Shown here piece by piece: positions 1-10,879 of a stretch of 64,000 nt of DNA; position 1 is the first letter of the stretch, and every line of letters begins with the position of its first letter. This DNA is from Candidatus Pollutiaquabacter sp. Lineage in GTDB: Bacteria; Bacteroidota; Bacteroidia; AKYH767-A; 2013-40CM-41-45. A model generated the notes under the pieces. That model made no database searches and was not told the DNA's origin. It saw only the letters and a program-made list of their open reading frames with translations. A program made the position numbers and the translations under genes. The stretch lies in NCBI GenBank assembly GCA_947465495.1, contig CANIAS010000005.1:8427-72426 (forward strand), given 5' to 3'.

Positions 1-192
1 AACCGTTAAGGATTTGTCGCTCAATAACATGCTAGCCCTGACCGATTCGATTAGATCAAAAGCATAGTAAGGTGTTTGGTCCAGCAACACGTCGTTCTGG
101 AAGTCAAAGACGAATGGACTATGGATGCCGTGTGGCGTTTGAGCCTTTAATCGGTAGCGTAGGTAGTTAGTTGCCGTAAAAAGCGGATCCAT
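1..192 (-). CDS. Partial CDS, N-terminal 64 codons of a possible class I SAM-dependent methyltransferase; the gene runs off the left edge of the window
   Basis: My own reverse-complement translation from the ATG at 192-190 gives MDPLFTATNYLRYRLKAQTPHGIHSPFVFDFQNDVLLDQTPYYAFDLIESVRASMLLSDKSLTV with no stop before the window edge. The HG(I/V)HSPFVFD motif recalls the N-terminus of a Bacteroidota methyltransferase family. This ORF is not in the supplied track. Confidence 0.3.
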   Translation of the reverse strand, partial: MDPLFTATNYLRYRLKAQTPHGIHSPFVFDFQNDVLLDQTPYYAFDLIESVRASMLLSDKSLTV

Positions 193-205
193 GCGGTAAA
201 GATAA

Positions 206-1588
<1,383 letters not shown>

Positions 1589-1608
1589 TCCGCGTCCTGT
1601 TATCAATT

Positions 1609-1890
1609 ATGGATGAAAAAGAACTGCAGGAGAAATTAGCTTCCGGAGAGTATTCTATCTCTCCAAGAAGTGGACGACTTCGAAAAAAGATTAGAAAGAA
1701 CACGAAAAAAAAGCCACTTTATTCTCATCGCAAAGTGAATAAGCTTTTTGTGAGAGTAGTATGGGCACTATTAATTGTTGGATTCCTTGCTAGTCTGTTC
1801 ATCTTGATACCTGAAATGAGTGAATCCAATCTTAAAAGCAAAGGATACGAGAACACCCAGTCCACACAGTTCAAACGTCCCAATCAGTAA
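1609..1890 (+). CDS. Small hypothetical membrane protein with a basic N-terminus and one TM helix
   Basis: 93 aa, Lys/Arg-rich N-terminal region followed by the hydrophobic helix VVWALLIVGFLASLFILI. It sits tightly between eno and gltA. I did not recognise the family. Confidence 0.3.
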   Translation: MDEKELQEKLASGEYSISPRSGRLRKKIRKNTKKKPLYSHRKVNKLFVRVVWALLIVGFLASLFILIPEMSESNLKSKGYENTQSTQFKRPNQ

Positions 1891-1921
1891 TTAGAATACT
1901 ACCAACCGAATACATCAGCCC

Positions 1922-3247
1922 GTGAAAACAGATAAGCTAAAAGTCAAATTTTCAGAAGTAGCCCTTCCAATGGCTGCTCAAATGAAGGATTTCGTAAAAG
2001 AGAACGGTCATTTAGTGATCGGTCAGTATACCATCGACCAAGTGTATTCAGGAATGAAAGGGATGATTGGCATGGTGACGGAAACCAGCAAACTCGATGC
2101 GGAAGAAGGAATTCGTTTTCGCGGCTACAGCATTCCTGAGTTGCGAGAGAAACTTCCGAAAGCATCTGGAGATACCGAGCCACTTCCTGAAGGTATTTTT
2201 TATTTGATGTTGATCGGCGAACTTCCAACGGAAGAAGATGTATTGAATGTATCAAATCAGTGGGCGCGTAGAAGTAATGTTCCTAAGCACGTTTTCGATA
2301 TGTTGGACAGTTTACCTGCCAACACGCATCCCATGACACAGTTTAGCATGGCGGTGATGGCGCTACAGACGGAATCGATTTTCGCGGCAGCGTATCGCAA
2401 AGGAATCAGTAAGAAAGAATACTGGGATCCGATGTACGAAGATGTTATGAATCTCATTGCGCGACTTCCTCGTGTTGCTGCATACATCTACCGCAAAAAT
2501 TACAAGAACAACGTTCACATCGAACCGGATCATAAGCTCGATTGGGCTGCCAACTTTGCGCACATGCTAGGGTACGATGAATATGATTTCAAACGACTGA
2601 TGCGTTTGTACCTTACTATTCACGCTGACCACGAAGGTGGTAACGTGTCCGCCCATTCAACACACTTGGTCGGTTCGGCATTGAGTGATGCTTACCTCTC
2701 TTTTGCTGCTGGCATGAATGGACTTGCAGGTCCACTTCACGGCTTGGCCAATCAGGAAGTGGTTCGCTGGCTCATTGATCTTCGCAACTACTACGACGGC
2801 GCAGCTCCCTCCAAAGAACAAATCCATGAATATGTGGTGAAGACGATGGAAGAAGGCAAGGTTGTGCCTGGATATGGTCACGCCGTACTTCGCAAGACGG
2901 ACCCTCGTTTTACCGCACAAATGGAATTTGCTTCCAAGTACATGCCAGACGACGATATGTGCAAAATCGTTCAGCGTGTTTATGAAGTCGTTCCTCCGAT
3001 TTTGGACAATATTAAAAAGATCAAGAACCCTTGGCCTAATGTCGATGCTCATAGTGGCGCATTGCTTATTCACTATGGCATGGAGGAGTATGATTTTTAT
3101 ACTGTTTTGTTCGGCGTGAGCCGTTCACTGGGTGTATTGGCTTCGCTGTTATGGGATCGTGCACTTGGTCATCCGCTCGAACGTCCAAGTTCCGTTACAA
3201 CACAGGGAATGCACGCACTGGCCGCCAAAGCTAAGCAGTCTGCTTAA
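1922..3247 (+). CDS. gltA: Citrate synthase
   Basis: 441 aa. The motifs [34 protein letters not shown] and [13 protein letters not shown] are diagnostic of citrate synthase. Confidence 0.93.
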   Translation: MKTDKLKVKFSEVALPMAAQMKDFVKENGHLVIGQYTIDQVYSGMKGMIGMVTETSKLDAEEGIRFRGYSIPELREKLPKASGDTEPLPEGIFYLMLIGELPTEEDVLNVSNQWARRSNVPKHVFDMLDSLPANTHPMTQFSMAVMALQTESIFAAAYRKGISKKEYWDPMYEDVMNLIARLPRVAAYIYRKNYKNNVHIEPDHKLDWAANFAHMLGYDEYDFKRLMRLYLTIHADHEGGNVSAHSTHLVGSALSDAYLSFAAGMNGLAGPLHGLANQEVVRWLIDLRNYYDGAAPSKEQIHEYVVKTMEEGKVVPGYGHAVLRKTDPRFTAQMEFASKYMPDDDMCKIVQRVYEVVPPILDNIKKIKNPWPNVDAHSGALLIHYGMEEYDFYTVLFGVSRSLGVLASLLWDRALGHPLERPSSVTTQGMHALAAKAKQSA

Positions 3248-3248
3248 T

Positions 3249-3881
3249 TCAGGTAAGTTCTGTCAGTACCATGCGAAGTTCGCTGAGCATCATGGCTGTG
3301 GCTCCCCAAATGATGTGGTTGTCATAAACGTACGCAGGTGTACTAATTGATTTTCCATTTCGAGAGACAATTGTTTTTTCCTGAATTTTATTTTCGTCGA
3401 AAAGTTCTTCGATACACACTTCCAGTACCTGGGCAACTTCATTGTTTGGTTCCGAAAAAACAGGTGCGCCAGTGAATTTTCCAATGAAAGGGTGAACCAA
3501 AAAATTGCTCGGTGGAATGTAAATCTGAGAAAGTCTGCCGAGTACGGTGATGCCTTTTCGGGGAATTCCAATTTCTTCTTCCGTTTCACGAACGGCAGTA
3601 AAAGCCAGGTGTTCATCGTCGGGTTCTATGCTGCCTCCTGGAAGACTAATTTGTCCGCTATGAACTGTTCCGTCGTTGGCGCGCACAATCAGTGGCAAGT
3701 GCAGTTTTTCATCCTTTTCATACAGCAACATTAGTACACTGCTGATGCGTGCGTTGTCAGGAATACGATACTTTGAAAAGTAGTCCAAGCGTTCTTGGTG
3801 TGCCATTTTCAAATGAGCATTGTTGCCGGGTAGCGGCTGCTGTAAACGGCGGATCAATTGTTCTGAGATTCGCTGAAGCAT
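3249..3881 (-). CDS. NUDIX hydrolase, probably CoA pyrophosphatase (NudL-like)
   Basis: Nudix box GGSIEPDDEHLAFTAVRETEEEIGI (GX5EX7REUXEEXGU). The upstream ISLPGG context resembles the CoA-pyrophosphatase (UPF0035) signature. Confidence 0.65.
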   Translation of the reverse strand: MLQRISEQLIRRLQQPLPGNNAHLKMAHQERLDYFSKYRIPDNARISSVLMLLYEKDEKLHLPLIVRANDGTVHSGQISLPGGSIEPDDEHLAFTAVRETEEEIGIPRKGITVLGRLSQIYIPPSNFLVHPFIGKFTGAPVFSEPNNEVAQVLEVCIEELFDENKIQEKTIVSRNGKSISTPAYVYDNHIIWGATAMMLSELRMVLTELT

Positions 3882-3887
3882 GGAAAA

Positions 3888-5642
3888 TCAGGATTTGCGT
3901 TCGCCGATCTGTTGACGCCACATGGCATAATAGAGCCCTTTCTTGTCGACGAGCTCTTCATGGGTTCCCGACTCGATGATTTTACCTTTTTCAAGGACGT
4001 GGATGCAATCCGCGTGAAGGATGGTGCTCAGCCGATGGGCAATCATGATGGTTAAATGTTCTTGGTTGGCGGACAATTGACGTATAGTGCCGGTGATTTC
4101 TTCTTCGGTGATAGAATCAAGGGCGGAGGTAGCTTCGTCAAAAATTAAAAGGTTGGGATGACGCAGAAGCGCTCGTGCAATCGATAATCGTTGTTTCTCT
4201 CCGCCTGATACCTTTACGCCGCCTTCTCCAATGACGGTGTCTAATCCTTCATGGGCTCGTGCCAGCAATTGTTGACATGCCGATTTTTGCAACGCTTCCA
4301 GACATTCGGCGTCGGTAGCCATTGGATTCACAAATTTCAAGTTTTCTCGGATGGTGCCACTGAACAATTGCGTGTCTTGCGCTACGAATCCAATCTGAGA
4401 TTGAAGTTGTAGTTTGTCAATTTCCAAGTGTGAAACATCATTATAGCGAATGGTACCTTCTAATGGTTGGTAGAGCCCCACTAACAGTTTTACAAGGGTC
4501 GTTTTCCCGGAGCCGGAAGGTCCAACGAATGCGATGGTTTGTCCTTTATGTGCAGTGAAGGAAATCCCATCTACTGCACGCTGACGAGAGGTGGGATGCT
4601 GAAAAGACGTATGGTTGAATTCTAGTCGTTCAATACGCCCGGTGACTTTGGGTTGCTGAGGAACGACTTCCGCTGGCGTATTTAGTAGTTCTTCGAAATT
4701 GGTTAATGAGGCCTGAGCTTCGCGATAAATAGCGATGACATTCCCCATTTCCTGAAGCGGTCCAAAGATGAAGAAGCTGTAAAACATGAGTGTCAATAGC
4801 TTTCCTGGGGTTATCATGTCTTTGAATACCAGGTAATACAATAGAAAAACAAAACAAGTGCGTAGTAGGTTCACGGTTGTGCCTTGCAGAAAACTCAAGC
4901 TGCGAATGAACCGAACTTTTTTCAATTCGAGTTTTAGGATTTTTCCGGTAATGGAGTTCAATCTGGATACTTCCTGTTTCGCTAACCCCATGCTTTTAAC
5001 AAGCTCAATATTTCGCAAGGACTCTGTGGTAGATCCTGCCAGTTGGGTGGTTTCGGATAGAATTTCTTTTGAAACGCGCTTGATACTTCGGCTGAGCAGA
5101 CTGCTGACAATGGCAAGCATGGGTACTGTAAGCAAAAAGAGCGGTGCAATTAGCCAATGGACACTCGTGGCGTACCAGATGACGAATATCAGTCCTACCA
5201 ATGTCTGAAAAACGATGTTCACGAAGGCGCCGATGAATTTTTCGGAATCACTTCTGACCTTCTGGAGTTTGCCAAGCGTTTCTCCGCTTCGTTGGTCTTC
5301 GAATACCTGGTAGGGTAGTGCGAGTGAATGGCCAATGCCATCAGAATACATCGCTGCGCCTGTTTTTTGTACGACGACGCTTGTAAAATAGTCCTGGAAG
5401 TTTTTGGCGATACGCGAGACCATGGCAACGCCTATTGCGGCCAGCAGGTAAACGATGATGTCGCTAAAGAACTCCTCGGTACTATGTCCTTTGTAGGTTC
5501 CAATATTAACTCCGAACCGATCCAGCATTTTTCCTGCAATCATCGGATCTAGCAGAGAAAACACCTGATTCAGTGCAGCTAATGTGAGGGCAAGTCCAAC
5601 GTATTTTTTGTGCTGAGAGATGTAAGTGAGTAGTAGTTTCAT
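3888..5642 (-). CDS. ABC transporter, fused permease/ATP-binding half-transporter (MsbA/exporter type)
   Basis: 584 aa. N-terminal six-helix TMD, then a C-terminal NBD with Walker A GPSGSGKTT, ABC signature LSGGEKQR and Walker B LLIFDEATSALD. Confidence 0.85.
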   Translation of the reverse strand: MKLLLTYISQHKKYVGLALTLAALNQVFSLLDPMIAGKMLDRFGVNIGTYKGHSTEEFFSDIIVYLLAAIGVAMVSRIAKNFQDYFTSVVVQKTGAAMYSDGIGHSLALPYQVFEDQRSGETLGKLQKVRSDSEKFIGAFVNIVFQTLVGLIFVIWYATSVHWLIAPLFLLTVPMLAIVSSLLSRSIKRVSKEILSETTQLAGSTTESLRNIELVKSMGLAKQEVSRLNSITGKILKLELKKVRFIRSLSFLQGTTVNLLRTCFVFLLYYLVFKDMITPGKLLTLMFYSFFIFGPLQEMGNVIAIYREAQASLTNFEELLNTPAEVVPQQPKVTGRIERLEFNHTSFQHPTSRQRAVDGISFTAHKGQTIAFVGPSGSGKTTLVKLLVGLYQPLEGTIRYNDVSHLEIDKLQLQSQIGFVAQDTQLFSGTIRENLKFVNPMATDAECLEALQKSACQQLLARAHEGLDTVIGEGGVKVSGGEKQRLSIARALLRHPNLLIFDEATSALDSITEEEITGTIRQLSANQEHLTIMIAHRLSTILHADCIHVLEKGKIIESGTHEELVDKKGLYYAMWRQQIGERKS

Positions 5643-5764
5643 GCTTGCTGTAAAGGTAGTCGAAATACAAGCAACCGTTGCTAACCGTTTACCTGATTAT
5701 CTTGTTAAAAACTCCCGTAGGAAATAGGACATGGATGGTCGCGTCTTGGTAATTTTGCTTCGTT

Positions 5765-6307
5765 ATGAAAAAAATCATTGTATTCGTTATTGCGGTTTGT
5801 GCCTTGCACATTGTTGCTGCTCAGCAAGTAGTTGTGCTTAAAACTGGTGAAAAAATGAGCGGCGTTGTTCAGCGGCTGAATGATGGCACCTTGGAATTTC
5901 TTTACAAAGGCAATGTGTTAAAGTTGAAAGTGGATGAGTTGTATTCCATCAATTTTGTGGAACAAGCTAACATTGCGGGTGGTGGCTCGACTGCACCTAC
6001 ACAACGTGAAATAGGAGAGAAGCAAATTATGGCTGGTTCGTATATGATTCGCTATAAAGTGGCCGATCGAACGGTTGCAAAAGCTCCTAAAGTAGACAAC
6101 CTCACGCAAAAGAAAGGTACGGTCGTGGTTGAAATTACAATCGATAAATACGGTCATGTAATCAAAGCTAACCCAGGGGCTCCGGGTTCCTCTACGACCG
6201 ATGAATATTTGAAAACCAAAGCCAAGCAAGCAGCTGAAAGTGCTCTCTTTGATAATGTGCCAACGGCTCCTACCGAACAGTCGGGTTATATGATTGTTGT
6301 ATTCTGA
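5765..6307 (+). CDS. Secreted hypothetical protein with a TonB-C-terminal-like domain
   Basis: Signal peptide MKKIIVFVIAVCALHIVAAQ. The C-terminal region KGTVVVEITIDKYGHVIKANPGAP...SGYMIVVF resembles the TonB C-terminal fold, but there is no N-terminal TM or Pro-rich region. Confidence 0.35.
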   Translation: MKKIIVFVIAVCALHIVAAQQVVVLKTGEKMSGVVQRLNDGTLEFLYKGNVLKLKVDELYSINFVEQANIAGGGSTAPTQREIGEKQIMAGSYMIRYKVADRTVAKAPKVDNLTQKKGTVVVEITIDKYGHVIKANPGAPGSSTTDEYLKTKAKQAAESALFDNVPTAPTEQSGYMIVVF

Positions 6308-6316
6308 GCACTACTG

Positions 6317-7441
6317 CTATTCGACTCCGTATCGAGCCAATTCGTTTAATTCCTTTCGAACCTGCTCCATCCAGGCATTTTGTTGATCACGGATGATGCC
6401 GTGCTGTGTTTCTTCGTCGTACTGATTTTGGCTGTTTCGGTATTCGGTCCAATGTTGGTTAAAGAGCTCGTTGATCTCTCCTCCGTATTCTAGAAAACTG
6501 AAATTTGCGCGGTCTAGTTTTTCCCTGAATTTCCGTCCGAAAAGTTCGCATAGGTCGAAGTGCAACTGCTCATGCATGAGCAAACTGTCTTGCAACGCAT
6601 CTAAATGTACCCAAGAAGCACCTCGTGTAAAGCAAGGGTGTAATAGGATGGTAATGTGCATGGTGTCATTGGAAAATGAGGGTATGGTTTTCAAGGTGTA
6701 GATACAATTGCTTTGAGCTGAAAAAGGAGAATTCGACGCGTCTTTTCCCTTAAAGTCCTTCCAAGATAGTCGGTAATCTTTTGACCATAAAATGGTATCA
6801 CCTTGACTTCTGTTTGCAAAAGTATCGTCACCAGTTAAGTGAATCTGCAGGTGATTCATAAAGTACACTTGTCCGGGGTTTTCATCGGCCCAATCGTTGA
6901 ACTGCTTCATGAGTGCTTCCAGGGATTGGGTGACTAATTTCTCCAGTATTCCTGGCGGGCGATTTCCGGAAGCGTCTAAACTCACGCGATACGGGAACTC
7001 GAATAATTTCTGCTCTTTTCCATCCAGGGATCGGTAAATGTTGTACTGTTGGTCCAACGAGATTTTATGCTTGCTGCCATTGACTTGATCTTGTAAATTG
7101 AACTTGACAATATGTAGGTGAAGGGGAGCGGTATGTGAGGTGTCTCCGGATAGACCGATTGATAAGTGTTCCCATAGCACTTCCTGAAGGCTTGACTCGA
7201 ATTTCAGGTCGGTGCGTTTGCCTGATGCGCTAACACATCCGACAATACTTTTATTGCTGCGATCGTCGGTAATGGTAGCGATCCTGTAACGGACGGGCTC
7301 AATCTTCCAAGTTGGAGCTGGTAGCTTCAAGTATTCCTGGCCAAATCCGTGGGTGGTGATAATGACCTGTAGCAGTATGGAAATAGCTGCTATTTTATAG
7401 CGGATATGGAATGAAATAGTAGGATCTTTTCGTGTTTTCAT
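6317..7441 (-). CDS. Hypothetical secreted protein with an HExxH-like motif (DUF922-like putative metallopeptidase)
   Basis: 374 aa, N-terminal hydrophobic signal. The C-terminal HEQLHFDLCELFGRKF motif is HExxH-type. Family assignment is from memory only. Confidence 0.3.
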   Translation of the reverse strand: MKTRKDPTISFHIRYKIAAISILLQVIITTHGFGQEYLKLPAPTWKIEPVRYRIATITDDRSNKSIVGCVSASGKRTDLKFESSLQEVLWEHLSIGLSGDTSHTAPLHLHIVKFNLQDQVNGSKHKISLDQQYNIYRSLDGKEQKLFEFPYRVSLDASGNRPPGILEKLVTQSLEALMKQFNDWADENPGQVYFMNHLQIHLTGDDTFANRSQGDTILWSKDYRLSWKDFKGKDASNSPFSAQSNCIYTLKTIPSFSNDTMHITILLHPCFTRGASWVHLDALQDSLLMHEQLHFDLCELFGRKFREKLDRANFSFLEYGGEINELFNQHWTEYRNSQNQYDEETQHGIIRDQQNAWMEQVRKELNELARYGVE

Positions 7442-7486
7442 TTGCCGCTTTAAAAGGTTATTTTTACAAAAATAGGAGAAATAGTC

Positions 7487-8821
7487 ATGACGTTCGTTTT
7501 TCTAGCTGTCGGCCTTGGTGCTGGATTTTTAATCGGTTGGTTGTTTTCAAAAAATGCAGGAGCTGCTGCTGTTGAGCAATGGAGAATAAAAAGTCAAACA
7601 TCGGAATCTGAACGTGCCGCGGTCAACGCTAAGTTGGACTCGATTCAGCAACAACGTGACGAGTTGCGAAGTGCTTCTCAAACTGATCAACAAAAATTGT
7701 TAGCGCTTACAACTACATTTACTGCCGCACAATCGGAAGTTGCTCACCTCAAGGAGCGGTTGTCTGAACAAAAAATGGAGTTGGAAAATCTTCAGGAACG
7801 ATTTGCCAAGGAATTTGAAAATTTAGCGAATCGCATCCTGGATGAAAAAAGTCAGAAGTTCGTAGAACAGAATCGGTCGAACATGGATGTGATTTTAAAT
7901 CCATTGAAAGAAAAGATTCAGGATTTTGAAAAGAAAGTAGATGCGGCATATCGCCAGGAGTCCGTTGAGCGAAATTCATTGCGCGGTGAAATCAAAAACC
8001 TGATGGAGTTGAATCAACGCATTAATGAAGAGGCGGAAAATTTGACCCGGGCGTTAAAAGGAGATACCAAGAAGCAAGGTAATTGGGGAGAGTTTATTTT
8101 GGAGAAAATCCTTGAAAGCTCCGGCTTGGAAAAGGGTAGGGAGTACGATACCCAATTTAGTATCACTGACGATGAAGGCCGTCGGTTTCAGCCGGATGTA
8201 ATCGTTCGGTTGCCAGATGAAAAGCACATCATCGTTGATTCAAAGGTGTCTTTGGTGGCCTACGAAGCAATGGTCAATGCCACTTCCGATGTTGATCGTG
8301 ATCGATTTATGAAAGACCATTTGATGTCCGTTCGTAATCATATTAAAGGACTTAGTGAAAAGTCTTACGATCAACTTCCGGGTTTGTCTTCTCCTGATTT
8401 CGTGCTTTTATTTATTCCCATTGAATCTTCATTTGGTGTCACGTTTCAGGCAGATCGTGATCTTTTCACCTTTGCGTGGGAGCGTCGTATCATCATGGTT
8501 AGTCCGTCCACCTTGCTGGCCACCTTGCGGACCATCGCTTCGGTGTGGAAGCAAGACCGCCAAACCAAGAACGCGTTGGAAATCGCCCGAGTTGGCGGTG
8601 GACTATATGATAAGTTCAAGGGATTCCTGGACGACATGATTGAGGTTGGACGAAAGATGGAGTTAGCGAAAACCACCTACGCCGATGCCATGAGTAAATT
8701 ACATACCGGTTCCGGGAATATTATACGCCGGGTGGAAGACTTGAAACGCCTGGGGGCAAAAACAAACAAGGAACTTCCTGCTGCACTGGTGGAAAGGTCG
8801 TCAGAAAATCAGGATAGCTAA
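7487..8821 (+). CDS. rmuC: DNA recombination protein RmuC
   Basis: 444 aa. N-terminal TM helix, a long coiled-coil (QQQRDELRSASQTDQQKLLALTT...LKERLSEQKMELENLQERF), then a C-terminal nuclease-like domain (GREYDTQF...PDVIVRLPDEKHIIVDSK), the typical RmuC architecture. Confidence 0.75.
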   Translation: MTFVFLAVGLGAGFLIGWLFSKNAGAAAVEQWRIKSQTSESERAAVNAKLDSIQQQRDELRSASQTDQQKLLALTTTFTAAQSEVAHLKERLSEQKMELENLQERFAKEFENLANRILDEKSQKFVEQNRSNMDVILNPLKEKIQDFEKKVDAAYRQESVERNSLRGEIKNLMELNQRINEEAENLTRALKGDTKKQGNWGEFILEKILESSGLEKGREYDTQFSITDDEGRRFQPDVIVRLPDEKHIIVDSKVSLVAYEAMVNATSDVDRDRFMKDHLMSVRNHIKGLSEKSYDQLPGLSSPDFVLLFIPIESSFGVTFQADRDLFTFAWERRIIMVSPSTLLATLRTIASVWKQDRQTKNALEIARVGGGLYDKFKGFLDDMIEVGRKMELAKTTYADAMSKLHTGSGNIIRRVEDLKRLGAKTNKELPAALVERSSENQDS

Positions 8822-8822
8822 G

Positions 8823-10085
8823 ATGTTGCGGACGTTTATCCTGTTACTATTGATTTCGGTTTGGACGGCATGTGTTGTTCCTCGTGACTTAAATAGTCGC
8901 AACATGGCGTCCTATTACCGGCCCGATGAACAAGCTATTTCACCTCCGGATTTTAAAGTCTATGCGTTAAGTGATTCTCTTTTACGCTTGTATGTGCGGA
9001 TCAATACGGAGCATTTATTATTTACACGTCAACCGGATCAGTCTTTTCAAGCGATGTTTGGTGTTGAGGTTGATATTTTAGGATCTTACGATCAGCCGAC
9101 GTTGCTGGACTCCTTTTCGTTTGCTACGCCTATTTCGTATGCCGATCACGATCTTTATAAAGTCTTTTCATATGAATTACCCCTACATGCTTCTGGCGAT
9201 CTACTAGCAAGACTTACTTTGGCTGACGTCAATAAAGGGAGTTCGGAAATTTACTATCAGCGTTTTAATTCATCGCTTGTGCAGGGTTCGAACGCTTTTG
9301 TGGCCATGAATGATAATGGTGTGCCCGCATTCAATGATTATTTTACCGCTGCTGATACAATTAAAATTAATTTTCGTGATTCAGCCGTGCATGAGGTTTG
9401 GTGCAAATATTATCAACGGGAATTTCCGTTGTCAGCTCCTCCATTTACATTTGATATTCGGACTTCCTTTGATTATACACCTGATAGCGTTTTTAAAATC
9501 AGTGTAAATGATACAAATACTGTGACGTTCAGTACAACTGGTTTTTATTGGTTGCAGGAGGACACGACTTTGCTGCAAGGCTGGACGGCATTCTGTTTTG
9601 ATCAGGGTTATCCGAATGTGGTAACCACCGCTCAAATGGTCGCCCCGTTGCGCTACCTGACTTCGCGTGCGGAGTATGCTCAATTGGATACGGCTGCATC
9701 TTCGAGGAAAGCGGTGGATGCCTTTTGGTTGGAACGTAGTTCGGGAAACCGTGAACGTGCGAAGTTGCTCATTAAAAAATATTACAATCGGGTTCAATTT
9801 GCAAACCGATTGTTTTCGTGTCATACACAAGGATGGCGAACTGATCGTGGGATGATCTATGTGGTTTTTGGTGCGCCAAACATTATCTATCGCTATACCA
9901 ATAGTGAGACTTGGATATATGGTAGTGAAAACAGTCCTACGGGTCTCAATTTTCTTTTTGTAAAAGTTGACAATCCATTTACGGTCAATGACTATTCATT
10001 GACCCGTTCTCCTATTTATGAATCGCCATGGTACCGTGGCATTGATTTCTGGCGACAGGGTAGGGCTTATAACAGTATATACTAA
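8823..10085 (+). CDS. GWxTD domain-containing protein (secreted/lipoprotein)
   Basis: Contains the literal GWRTDRGMIYVVFGAPNIIYRY motif that defines the Bacteroidota GWxTD domain. It has an N-terminal signal (ISVWTACV) and begins 2 nt after the rmuC stop. Confidence 0.75.
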   Translation: MLRTFILLLLISVWTACVVPRDLNSRNMASYYRPDEQAISPPDFKVYALSDSLLRLYVRINTEHLLFTRQPDQSFQAMFGVEVDILGSYDQPTLLDSFSFATPISYADHDLYKVFSYELPLHASGDLLARLTLADVNKGSSEIYYQRFNSSLVQGSNAFVAMNDNGVPAFNDYFTAADTIKINFRDSAVHEVWCKYYQREFPLSAPPFTFDIRTSFDYTPDSVFKISVNDTNTVTFSTTGFYWLQEDTTLLQGWTAFCFDQGYPNVVTTAQMVAPLRYLTSRAEYAQLDTAASSRKAVDAFWLERSSGNRERAKLLIKKYYNRVQFANRLFSCHTQGWRTDRGMIYVVFGAPNIIYRYTNSETWIYGSENSPTGLNFLFVKVDNPFTVNDYSLTRSPIYESPWYRGIDFWRQGRAYNSIY

Positions 10086-10090
10086 TCATT

Positions 10091-10870
10091 ATGAATACCA
10101 CACCATTCAAGGGAAGACCCCGTCCTGCGGGCGAAGATGAGCAAATGATTTATGGCATCCATCCAGTTGTGGAAGCAATTCGTGCTGGCAAGGAGATAGA
10201 TCGTGTCTTTATACATCGGGGAGCAAAGGGGGATGGTATACAGCAACTAAAGCGCGAACTTAAGGATAATGGAATTGTATGGCAGGATGTTCCGTTGGAA
10301 AAACTGAACCGATTCACCCGTAAGAATCATCAGGATGTGGTCGCTTTTATTGCGCCTATTTCCTACCAACCGTTGGAGGAGGTCCTTCCTTCACTCTTTG
10401 AGCGAGGGGTTACTCCTTTGTTGCTGGTGCTGGATCGAATTACTGATGTACGTAATTTTGGAGCGATTGCGCGAACGGCTGAATGTGCAGGAGTGCATGC
10501 GATTATAATTCCAGAGAGAGGCGCCGCTACAGTGACTTCAGATGCCATACGGACTTCTGCAGGTGCGTTGAGCCGAATTCCGGTTTGTCGTGTGCGTGAA
10601 TTGAAACACGCTGCACTTTTTTTACGGGACTCAGGTATAGTCCTCGCTGCCGCTACGGAAAAGGGAAAGGATCATTATTTTGAAGCAGATCTTTCGGTGC
10701 CATTAGCCATCGTAATGGGATCAGAAGAAGATGGAATCTCCGGCGACATGATTCGTGTTTGCGATCATCTTTTGCGCATTCCTATGCTTGGCAATCTGGG
10801 TTCGTTGAATGTTTCTGTAGCAGCGGGCATACTTTTGTTTGAATCGGTGCGGCAGCGCATAAAAAAATGA
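10091..10870 (+). CDS. rlmB: 23S rRNA (guanosine-2'-O)-methyltransferase RlmB (SpoU/TrmH family)
   Basis: SpoU substrate-binding N-domain (IYGIHPVVEAIRAGKEIDRVFI) and methylase motifs VLDRITDVRNFGAIARTAECAG and IVMGSEEDGIS...LRIPMLGNLGSLNVSVAAGILLFE. The real start may be the internal Met at 10145. Confidence 0.85.
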   Translation: MNTTPFKGRPRPAGEDEQMIYGIHPVVEAIRAGKEIDRVFIHRGAKGDGIQQLKRELKDNGIVWQDVPLEKLNRFTRKNHQDVVAFIAPISYQPLEEVLPSLFERGVTPLLLVLDRITDVRNFGAIARTAECAGVHAIIIPERGAATVTSDAIRTSAGALSRIPVCRVRELKHAALFLRDSGIVLAAATEKGKDHYFEADLSVPLAIVMGSEEDGISGDMIRVCDHLLRIPMLGNLGSLNVSVAAGILLFESVRQRIKK

Positions 10871-10879
10871 TTTTTAACG

